DNA of 51,720 bases, the filler included, from Streblomastix strix (taxonomy: Eukaryota): assembly GCA_008636045.1 (NCBI GenBank). It is 3 parts of 3 records of this genome, joined end to end, with 100 filler letters (N's around TTAATTAATTAA, not from the genome) between each part and the next. Parts side by side here need not be neighbours in the genome. Positions count along the whole stretch, not along the records: positions 34,557 to 51,720 come from SNRW01000717.1; 2 more parts are not named here. One strand, written 5' to 3'. Made by a program: the position numbers and the translations under genes. A model generated the notes under the pieces. That model worked only from the letters and a program-made list of their open reading frames with translations, did not search any database and was not told where the DNA came from. Position 1 is the stretch's first letter. Each line of letters opens with the position of its first letter. This document shows positions 34,711-51,720 of this stretch, one piece after another.

Positions 34711-37372
34711 TAAGTTGATTAATAATTTGAATATACAAAAATATTTTTAAATATTTAACTAATTAATGATTAAATATTTCAAAGAAGTAAATTTTGAGAC
34801 TTAAATTTATGATCAACAAAATTGATATCTTATGTAAATTTAAAATTATTAATTATGTCAAGAATAATTTTAAGAAATATATTGATTTAAAAATTAAATA
34901 AAAATCAATCTAATAAACATTTCCAAATTAAAAAAATAGTTCAAAAATGACACTGCATAATTAACAAACTTTAAATGAACATAAATTTCATTAATGTATT
35001 TATTCTTAAATTGTACTTTAGAATCGATAATGAAATATATTTAAAAGACTAAATTTAAAAATTAAAAGAAAATTCACAATAAATGAAAAATTAATAATCA
35101 AAATTAAATTAAATTCAATTTTAAAAAGAAATTGAGCAATTATTTGAAATAAAATATATATTGACATAATTTTAATTAATTTGAAGAATAAATGAGAGTA
35201 ATATAAGATTGAAACAGAAGAAATTTATAATTCTCCAGAAAAAGTAGAATCATTTGCTTGTAAGAAAATAAATATACCATTGTTAGTAAATAATAAGGAG
35301 ATCAAATATTATTTGTCATTTATATAGAAGGTATAATTTTAATCTTCAAATTTAGTCTACAATTTCGATATTGCAATGTTTATAAATAATTTTTAAGAAA
35401 AAAGAAGAAAAGTATATCAAAAAAATAATTAAATTAATTTAATATATTATTATGGACTATATGCATTTATTTAATTTTTATTCAATATATTAACTTAAAA
35501 AGTAACAAAATATTAGTAATAGAAAAAAAAAGTTATTCCAAAAAAATTATTTAAAAATTGCAGAAAAATTATTAAATTCATTCTTAGAATATTAAATAAT
35601 TGTTGCATTGAACATCAAATATGAATGAAAAAATTCATTTGATTCAAATAAAAGTAATAGAAATTATTAATGCAATTCAAATATTTTATAATCCTAATAA
35701 TAATCTTAATAAATAATTAAATTTATATAAAAAAGAAAATATATTACCATTTAAAAAATTTTGCTTAAAAATTTTTTCGATCATCGAACTAGTCCAATTT
35801 ATAATTTTATAAAAAATTTTAATAAATATATTAACAGTTAATTAAATTCTAATAAAATAATTATTTTAATCATTTATCAACTTGGATATTTTGATTAAAT
35901 CTGGACATTACGAATGAAGAAATATTAAATATAATTAATTAGTAATAATTTTACGTATTTATTGTAAAAAATCAATTCTAAACAAATTTTAATATAAAAA
36001 TTTAGTTTCCAATTTGCATCACTCCTTATGTATGTTAATCGAATTATTGAAAATTTAAAGTTCATATATTTGAGTTTATATATTTGTTAATTTTCATATA
36101 AATTTATATATTTATCGTTAAATTCACAGTTTTTTATTAAATCACTTTATTAGAAACTTGGTTTTTTGCAAATGATTTAATTCAACATTTAATGATTTTA
36201 TTTTTATTTTACTTTATTAATCTACTAAACCATTGAAATGAATAGAAAAATTACAATTGATAATAGAAATGTAAAATTTCAAAAAAAATTAAATAAATGA
36301 CTATCTATTTGCGTATGATGATAAACGATATTTTCTTAGTTGATTGAATTATTGAATTGCAAAAATTTCTGAAAAAGTAAATTTAGTCATATAACCATTT
36401 CGTAGTTGCTACTCTAGTTATAACAAATTTGATAAATATACAACAACCAATAAATTTAACTTCCCAAAATGTGATAATTTAAAGATTAATGAATTAAAGG
36501 TGAATATTTTCAAAAACAAAAATTAAAAAAAAATTAATTAATTTAAATTTTAATATACTTAATCAATTTAAATTAAAATGCAACAAAATTAAAATCTCTT
36601 TTATTTTCTGAAAATAAATTTATTTATTTTCTTTATTAATTACCTATTTTATATCAAATTATTAAATATTGTTATTAATAATATTATATACGTTGAAAAA
36701 TTCAAAGGAGCATTAAATGTACATTGAAGAATATCAAATTTTTTTACGATTTGATGAATAATTAAATAAATCAAATATTCAATTTTAACTTAAAAACAGA
36801 ATCAAAATAAAATAATGATGAATAACATATATCTAAAACGAAATATTAATTAATAATTCTGATTATACAAAATATATATTTATTTTTTAATAATAAATTG
36901 AAAAACGAATAAATTAAAATAAGATTAAATAATTACTATCATTTGGATAATATATAATTTGTAAAAAAGTTTATCAAATACTGTCAATAAAATGAAATTA
37001 TTGTTTTTCAGCTTTTAATAAAAAAACGAACTCATTCATTTTGTTAAATAAATTTTTTTAATTTTGATAAATAGGAGTAATAATAATTTATAGATATTCA
37101 TATTTAAATAAATAAATTATTAATATATAATTTAAGCATAGTTCAATTTGAAAGAACAATTTATTAAAAAATTCTTCGTAACAAAGTGATGTGATTAGCT
37201 AAAAAGATTAATGATAAAGTTAGAAAAAAAATTAATTGATAATACATAAAATATTCGAAATCAAGTTTCAATTTATTTATGTTAAGGGAATGGAAAATTA
37301 ATTATTTTTCCGCTAAATATATATAAACATAACGAACATTTAATAATGATAGAATAAAAGGAAAATAAGAAA

Positions 37373-42701
<5,329 letters not shown>

Positions 42702-43719
42702 AACCAGTTTATTTTTTGTGAAGAGTTGTTTTCTTTTTCTTTCAATATTAATCTAAGGAATTTATATTTATAAAGGGTCTCTTTCTTAATCCTCAATTGT
42801 TTGTGATAATAAATTCATATATTATATCATGTCCATTTTGTTGATTATCGTTATTGTATAAATTTACTGTTCAATTGACATTTATTTAATTTATCATTAA
42901 AGTTTAAAAGTCATTAAGTTTGATGTTGGAATTGATGCAGAATACTTAATCAATATGCAATGATATACTAACGAACATCAAATGAGATATAATCTTCACC
43001 TAATTCGTATAAGATTTCATTTAAATCAATTTCATCTTTGTAATTCATTCGTCATTAGAATAAACTCTTAATTAAGTTACACAATTAATGACTTGTCATT
43101 TGATTGATATAGAAATAAGACCTCATAACGAGAATGAATTATGAGGAAAGAGTGGAAAAAATAAAAATTTGTGGATTTAGCTCTAAATCATCGGAATTAG
43201 AAAATCAATATAATTATTTTAATTGAATATATCATATATCTCTAAAAATGTAGAATAATTGCTAAATCAGTAATATTCGTGTAAAAAAATTTAAAATTTG
43301 GATAAACTTAGCATATTCCTTATAAATAAATCAATAATTAATATATAATATAATTTTAATAAAACAATGAGCTGAATATTATGTCTTATAGATATTTTTT
43401 ATTCTAAAAAATAAATAGACATACGGGGTCGGTTCGAGTTTTGCGCATTCTTCTGGTTATTGTTACGTTTAATACATATGATTTTCTGTATTTTACAAAT
43501 TCTAATATTCGTAATATAGATACAAGTTATTTAACCTATAAATACTCGAAGAAATCGTAAATTACTAGAAAGTTATATTTCGAGTTAAATCATTTTTTAA
43601 AAGTAAATTGATCCAAGCTAAACACTATTATACTTACAAATTTAACAAATTCATAACTTTTTTTGTTCACGGTTCATTACTTTTTCAAATTAATTAAATT
43701 TCCTTTTTCCCATCGTAGG

Positions 43720-46700
43720 ATGTTAATATTAGCTATTCTTACTGCATTTGCTGCTATAAACGCAGAAAATTTCAGTGTTAATGATGAAGATGGACTTAGA
43801 GCTGCGTTTGTGAGCATAGGAGGGGCGAGTTCAGGTCCATCACACACAATTACTGTAGATAGGACAATTAACCTCTTAGCTCAAATTAACAATATGGGTC
43901 TCAACGATAAGAACATAGTTATTAGAGGAATTAATGAAGCCAATATCATAACATCTGTAGTAAATATGGCTCCTTTCTATCTTGGTGGAAACAATCTTGA
44001 TATAACACTGCAAGACATAACATTGCAAGATGGTGGCAACTCGGGGCTGTTCTAATATTCTGGTTCTGTATTGAGGATTCTGAACGGTAGTTATCTCAGA
44101 CCAAATATTGCCACAGAAAGGAATGTTTCCAGTCCTCTATTTAATTTAGGATCACCAGATAAATAGTTAATAATAGGTGGAGACTACGGAATTCCATATT
44201 TCTCAGCTACGAGGGTATTTGCAATTACAGCTGGGAGCGTTCTGATCACAAAGGGACAATTTATACAGCAGCAGCAATTCAATGTCCCATACATGCAACC
44301 TTTTAATTGCTAAGTCACGATTGGAGGAAGCTTGGCCAATTAAACACCAACATTCACTGGATAACAGATCCTGCAGGTTCAAGGCGATAACTTCCTGAGA
44401 ATCATACGTGGAACATTCACAGGTAATGCAAATTCAAATTCAACGATCTTAGTGAATCAGGGCAACATCACAATTGGAGAAGAAGGATTTTCCCCATCAT
44501 TCAAGAACCTTGGTCTTTTTTCATTCCCATCTCGAACACTGCGTATAATCAGTGGTTCCTTCTCAAGAGACGCAGATGCATTGCCTTTCACCATCCGCAT
44601 ATTGTCCAATGCTTCAGTTACTATTGGATAAGATGGTGCAACTGCACCACAGTTCTCAGATCTTACACAGATCATAGTCAATAACAGTAGATTGGACATT
44701 GCAAGTGGATCTTTCTCAAGTTCAGATACAGCACAATCTCTGATATCAACACTGACCAATGCAGTTGTCACAATTGGAGCTGGTGCATCAATCCCTTCAA
44801 TCACAGCAACAAGAGTAATTGAGGCATTGAACAGCAGAGTGACAATCAGTAAAGGAAGTTTCATAGGCAGTGATTCAATAAGACCATATTTCAAGTTCAA
44901 CAACACAGCTGTAATTATCGGAGACGATGGCACACCAGAATTCACTTTTGTGGATCAGTTTGAGATAATTGGTAATACAACGAACATAAATGCAGGTTCA
45001 TTCACAAGCGCAGATGCAAACGCTTTGTTGAAGTTAACCAATGTAGATGTCACAATTGGGAGTGTTGGAACGCCTTCTTTCAGAGGAGTAAGGATTATTG
45101 AAGATACGAATACTGCTCCTGTTGGTACAAATCCATTCAGAACTGTTGCTATCACGAGAGGAACTTTCTAACTACCAGCTGGTTCAGGATCTGCTGGGAT
45201 ACAGATTGTGATTAACAACGCTGCAGCTACTTTTGGAATAAACACAACCGTCTCTCCGACTTTTACAGGCCTTGAGCTTCTGCAGGTCACTGGAAGCACT
45301 CTGAATGTAGCATTTAGTACAATTGTAGGTACTTTATTAGCACCAGCACAGATCAGAATTTCAAATTCGACATTAACATATGGATCAAGCACATTTAATC
45401 CAACAGCAACTAACTTAGAAGTGATTGACATCAGAAATGCCAATTTGGTTGTAAACAGAGGTAGTCTTTCAGGAACAGCAACTAATGGACTCCAGATCCT
45501 CATTTCTTATACGTCTGTTGTTACAATTGGAGGATAAACCACCACAAATCCAACATTCGCCAATTTTAACCTAATAAATATTGATTCCAGCCAATTGAAT
45601 GTATTTGGTGGAGCTATCACAGCTAAGAATGCTTTAACAACTCTGATCAATGCAACAAACTCTGATGTGAACATCGGTAGAGTGGCAACACCACAACCAG
45701 CATTGACTTTAACATCAGCAAAAGTTCTTAATGTGACAGGCGGAACTTTGAACATATACAGAGGAACACTAACAGGGAATGATCGTGAAACTGTTATTAT
45801 AACAACAAATGAAACAGTTGTGACAATTGGAGATGGAGCAGCACCTATTTTCAATGGAGCGAAAGCTCTTGATGTCACAAATGGAACACTTAGCGTATTC
45901 AGAGGCACTTTTACTGGAATTCAGAGCGTAGATCACATTTTAATTAAAACCAGAGATGTTGATCTAACAATTGGAGAAACATATACTCCTACAATGACAG
46001 CTGTTTACTTGCTTGATGTTGACGGAGGGCATTTTAATCTTATTGGTGGCTAATTCAATCAACCAACGACATATCCTATGATTGGATCGATAATAAAAAT
46101 TGCAAATACTGAAGTGCTTCTTGGATTTGACAGCACAGACTATAATGTACCAAATTTCAACGGCATTGAAACATTAGCTCTTACAAATGTTAAGCTTAAC
46201 ATGTTGAGCGGCCGCTTTGTTGGAGTAGAAGCCGGATTTTCAATTATTGCCACCGACACAGAATTGACAATTGGGAGTGCATAATAAAGACCACTGTTCT
46301 AATATGCCAAACTCATATACGTTGACAGAGGAAAGTTGGATATAATCAAGTTCAGTTTCTCAGGTCCTTCTACTATTGGAAATTGCATCAGAGCTAATGA
46401 AGCTGATTTCAGTTTTGGAGATGTAAATAATGCAGCGAACCAGGAGATGTCTGGATCACAGCAAGGGCCTAAATATTCTAATATTCTACTGACAGGTTGC
46501 AGAACAGTTGACATAAAGAGGTACACCTTCCAAAATAATGCGAATCGATAGGCATCTTCAACTGTTGATGTCTTCTATACACCAGCAGTGACTGTACATG
46601 CTACTCCAGACACTAAACTTACCATCTCTGATTGTATATTCACAGGTAATGCATACACAGGTCATGGTGCGCTGAGTGGTGCAGTTTTTATTGATTTTAT

Positions 46701-49700
46701 TGACAATCCTACTGTGAACAAAGACGGATTCATCCTGATAGAAAACACGAGATTCCTGGACAATGTTGGAACAGTTGCAGGAGCGATTGCTTTCAAAGGG
46801 AAAAGTTCGAGTCCAATAACTTTCAGCAATCTCTTTTTCAGAGGGAACAGGTTCAATGGAGCATAGATCTATTCTGGTTTAAAATCAAGTGGGATTTTCA
46901 CTTTTGAAGATTTAAGCAGTTAGCTTGGTGCCAATCCATTTACAACATGCTATACTATTTATAAACAAGGTCCAAGTGAAATCTATCCTGATGGTACATA
47001 TGGAAATCAAATTCCGTTCTATGTGTCAAATAAAGGTAATAACTATGTCGCTGGTATATAATCAGCAGCTTATGACAGTGTTTATGTACAAACTGGTGGA
47101 ATTACACGTGCAACAGGTACAATTGAAGATCCGTTTGGAACTTTCTTATCAGCTGTTGGCTCATTTCCAATCTAAGGAGGTGATATCATTCTATTAGGAG
47201 ATACATACACATGTTCTACCAATTTCACTACTTTCCCACGTTATTCAATAATTTCAATTAATCCATCTACAGAGAATTCCATACTATACAACACTCTTAC
47301 TGGTTATGCAGGATATCCTTTTGGGGTTAATAGCTATGCTGTATTAACTGTGAAAGACTTCAAAATCGTATAAGGAGATGCTTCAGAACTTGGTTTCGGT
47401 ACTTAAGTTAGATAGTTCTTCTACATTAGTGGATACGCTGAAGTGCGATTGACGAATATCGAATTCTCAACCAACCTTAGAGCAGGAATTTTAGGCCACA
47501 GCTATATCTCAACATCTACTGGTTCATTGTATGTAGAGAAGTGCAATTTCAACAAAGCAGATCTTCCAAGTGGCGAAGCTGCAATTAATGTTGTGCTCCC
47601 ACAGACAGTTGAGATCAAAGAAAGCAACTTTGTGGGTATCAAGTCAACCGGTACAAGTGCTGCAGCACTAAATATTCTGTAAGTTAATGCAGTAGGAAAG
47701 GTTACAGTAACTGGAAACACTTTCTAAGACAATGAGCGAATAGGCACAACAAACTTATTAAGTGGTGCTGTTTACATACAAGTTACCGTCGCACATCATT
47801 TACCAATCGACCTACATGATAATACTTTCATTCACAACAGCGGATAATATGCTGGAGCTATTTACGTGAATTATTAAACAGCACCATAGATTACAACTGG
47901 AAGTTTCATTTTAGATGGAAGTAAATTCAGCTTGAATACTCATACAGATCCTTTATATTATAGCGATATCTACTGCAATCAAGGTTTGTCTGTTCTTTTT
48001 GGCACAATTGGAATTTTCCTCCATCCGTTGGAAGTAACAAGCGGTCCAGATGCCGTTGACGATGAAACATTAGAATTAACACTTCAAAGAAATATCACTG
48101 ATGCTGAATTCTACAAATTCAAGACAGTTTCCAGTGCTTTAAGCTTTGCTGGTCGTTTCCGTGATTATCCGAAGTCCCCAATAACAATAATTGACTCAAT
48201 AACAAGTCTCACTTCTGAAGCAATCACTGGTAATGATATTATTATACAAGGAAAGAGAAAATTGACTGAATCGACAACTCAAAGCACAATTAGCAGTGAT
48301 GTTGATACTGATTCTATATTTGTATTCAGTGGAACCAATGATGTGCTACGTTGGTTGACGTTTGTGAGAGTTGCATAATCCAGTGCTACTGTTCTAATTG
48401 ATGTTATTGGTGGAAGTCTTACTGTTGATAGTTGCACTTTTAATGATCGGAGTACTGTAACATCTACGTAACCAGAATTTACATTCATTAAAGCATCTGG
48501 GACTTCAACTACAGTTATAAACTCAATATTCAATGGAAATTAATATGATAATGGAGCTGCCATCAACAAAACTAGTGGTATATTGAATGTTGAGAAAAGC
48601 ATTTTCACTGGAGCGATAGCATAAACTGGACCATTTATAAGATTAAGAGGATCAGGAGCCAACACAATTTCTTCAAATATATTTAGAAATGTAACATATT
48701 ATGGAAGTCTCGTTCCAGGTACTATCAATTTTGCAGCTGTGATTATTGATACTGATAATTCTGTTAGTAGTATCAGTCTGAACACATTCACTGGTTTAGT
48801 GAACGGTCCTGGCATTACCATAGACTCAACGCTGTTCACTGTTACATTGAACTCAAATGTCTTCAGAGATAATGGCCAGTCAATTCTTTAAGCTGGAGGA
48901 GTAAGAATTACTAAAGCAGATGCAAGAGGTAGTTTTACTGCTCTATATAACACCTTTTATAACAACACTGCTACTCGAGCAGGAGTAATTTTTGCTGACG
49001 TCTCATCAGGAACTCCAACATATATTATACAATATAACCTATTCATTAATAACACTGCAAATGCTGCAGATGGAAGTAAAGCAAATGACATCTTGATTCT
49101 GAGCAATTGCACATATAGAATAAGTGATAATGTTTAGATTGATGGAGACAGTTCAGATGCATTGATATAAAGTGGAGATGGTGTGATAGAGATTGCCAAT
49201 GCATATTCAGTTGTATTACCATATTAATACTAAAGAGATGTTTGCATATTATTATTTAATTAATTAATATTAATTTAACATTATAATAATTATTTTTATT
49301 CTTAAATATTTTCTAATTTATTATTTAGATTCATGTTAGAGCTGGTGGAGAAAACCTTCAATTTAATCCAGACCGTACTGATGTTTCAATTGGATCATTT
49401 GGCAATCCTCTGAAAACGATAGATTATGCAGTGAATTAAAGAGATAAGGCTGGGAACATAGATCTTATATTGTATAGATAAAACTATCCATTGTAATACC
49501 CACTCTGGATTTATGATGATGATATTACTATAAAAGATGAAGTATTCTGCTCAAGTCCATATTACACAACAGATAAATCAGTGATCAGCGCTTCTTACGG
49601 TTCAAGTCATGCATTCTCTATCAGAGGAGGATCGTTTGTTCTAAATGCCGTCAATATTGATATTACGTCTAATGTATCTCCATTTGTTCTTATTTTCATT

Positions 49701-51720
49701 ACTGGATAAGGATCATTTGAAGCTAAAGATGCAAGTATTACAGTTGGTGCAACAAATTCCAAACTCATTGATTCGAATTAATTCATCAAATCATTCAAAC
49801 TGTAGAATATCAACCCAGTCACATTTACAGGAACATCTTTATCATCTTCCCTTATTAGCACTATTCTTAATAATGTCAGCACATTTGACATAACTGACAG
49901 TACAATAGATGCTCGAAACAACCAGAGATATGCTTCATTAAGAATTGATGACACTCCTATTAACTTAATATTCAAAAATGTTAAATTCAGTTCACTTAGT
50001 ACTAATACTGATTCTAAAATCGCACAAATTTATGGAATTGAAATTAATCCCATTAAAATATTTGATCACAACACAATTCCAGACACTACTTCATACCATC
50101 CATTACTTCAAACTACCAACGAAAGATTCTCTGGTGAATATGATGACTTACTCTTTAAAACTAAATGGAGCAATTTAGGATAATTCAACCAACTTCCTTC
50201 AGAACTTTCTGCTTCTTTGACAATAAATAGTAAGATAGCATACATCGGTGCAAGACACGTCTTCCAAACGATCGAAACTAGTTAGTTGAATGTTGTAGTT
50301 GGAGGTCATTTAACTCTTCGTGGAATCACATTCATTCAACAAGCAACGGGCGTTAGCGTAATATAAGTCAATTCAATTAATTCTGTTGTTTCATTGGAAG
50401 ATGTTGGCTTCTAAGTTGCATCACAGAGATTGCTTGAATCTGGTGTTGGAAAACTAACTTCATCATAATTTAGAAAAGATGCCTCAAAGATAAAGAAGAG
50501 TGATGATAAGATTAATATTGATTATTATCTTAGAAGTTTGGAAAAAACAACCGCATCTAAAATCCTTGTTAATCCATTTGTAACAGTAGTATATGGATAT
50601 TCACTTTCTCTTTAGGGTATCAAATTTGGTGATTGGATTTCCAGCGGTGAAAAACCTCTTATTGATGTCAGTGGTCCTTTGTAATATGCAACAATTGAGA
50701 ACGTGTAAGTTAAAAAGATTGGAAGAAAATATGGAGGACCTCATATCCTGAACTTGAATCTTCATTCATCTGGAGAAGCTAAGATCAATAATGTTACAAT
50801 AGATGGACGAGGTTGGGTTCCTTCAATAGAAAGAAAAGTTGACATTAGGGATAAAAATGAATATTTGAATGATGAAGAGGAAGAAAAAGGAAAATGTGGA
50901 AAAGAAAATGATAAACCAGTTTAAGATGAAGAAGAATTAACAGATACTTTAGATGTAGCAGTACCTGATAAGTTCAATTGGAAATATCCAGCTATCAAAG
51001 TTAAAGGAGGTAAATTAAGGATAAGTGATTCTACATTTGTAGGACTTGGTGTAGATGGAGCTCTTGTTTTAGATGGTGTTGAAGCCGACTTAGCAAATTC
51101 AACTCTATTTGAAGAGAACAGCGTTTATGAAGCAGCAGAAGCAGAAGGAAGGAAGAAAAAGATTCCATCAGAGTTAAAATCATTGGGAGATGAAAATGAT
51201 AGCGATGAAGAATATGATGAAGATGACAGAAGAATTCGCGAACTTCACAGATACCGCGGATATGTAAAGAATGTGATTGCTGAAGGCGAAACAACACTGA
51301 AAGCTTATAATGTGAGTTTCATTGGAGAGAAGCTTGCAAAGAAGAAGGATTCATATAAGAAAGGATATGATCTGAATATATAACATGGACATGAAGCTAA
51401 ACTAGCTGGTGAGATAGGATAATCTAATAATGCATTTGCTGTTCCAGAGATATCATATGTGAAAAGTTCATATTTGAAAGGTTCAGATAAAGACACTTCA
51501 GATGGAAAGATTGAGAAAACAGTTCAGATTGAGATCAGAACTAAAGGAAAGCTTATTCCTGGAGTTGAATGGTTCTTTGAACTGCAGAATAAAAAAGATC
51601 CCGAAGATAACAAAAGAACTTTGCATTACAACTTACTTCATAGAAAAGTGTGGGAAGAAGCAACAAAAGAAGAGAAACTTCAAGGATGGTACATAAGTGA
51701 AGATGAAAATAAACTTATAA
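43720..51720 (+). CDS. Giant secreted/surface beta-helix repeat protein (pectin-lyase-fold / Pmp-like motifs), over 2,600 aa, 3'-partial
   Basis: Signal-peptide-like start MLILAILTAFAAINA. The main + ORF fragments from 43663 to 48378 share one frame and join when TAR=Gln. One intron at 49240-49328. Motifs FLDNVGTVAGAIAF, FIHNSGQYAGAIYV, FYNNTATRAGVIF, GTIEDPFGTFLSAV and GSFGNPLKTIDYAV. The frame is still open at the window end. Confidence 0.85.

Noticed and set aside
43423..43450. GGTTCGAG box-B-like motif upstream of the surface protein gene
   Set aside because: It is an isolated 8-mer with no box A, cloverleaf or other supporting structure.

Overview
This window is AT-rich eukaryotic nuclear DNA, not prokaryotic. 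It uses a non-standard genetic code: TAA/TAG read as Gln and TGA is the only stop, so the supplied standard-code ORF track cuts the real genes into fragments. The genes contain short spliceosomal GT-AG introns. The code, intron style and gene content fit an oxymonad such as Streblomastix strix, but this is an inference and other TAR=Gln lineages are not excluded. The window joins three contigs (17,182, 17,174 and 17,164 bp) with N44-TTAATTAATTAA-N44 linkers, so adjacency across the linkers has no biological meaning. Contig 1 holds a 3xRRM protein with a Q/S/N-rich tail, a SMYD-type SET/MYND methyltransferase, a 3xSH3 NEK-like kinase, a hypothetical protein and eIF6. Contig 2 holds a partial Q/E/K-repeat protein, a divergent proteasome alpha-1 subunit, a coiled-coil protein, a pseudokinase-SPRY fusion, a 366-bp MITE and a very large unknown gene. 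Contig 3 holds a truncated ABCC duplicate, a full ABCC/MRP transporter and a secreted beta-helix-repeat protein of over 2,600 aa. I found no CRISPR array, rRNA or supportable tRNA, and no evidence for a coherent new multi-gene system. The best leads are the giant repeat surface protein, the MITE, the gate-motif-divergent proteasome subunit and the two unusual kinase architectures. All gene models were spliced by eye.
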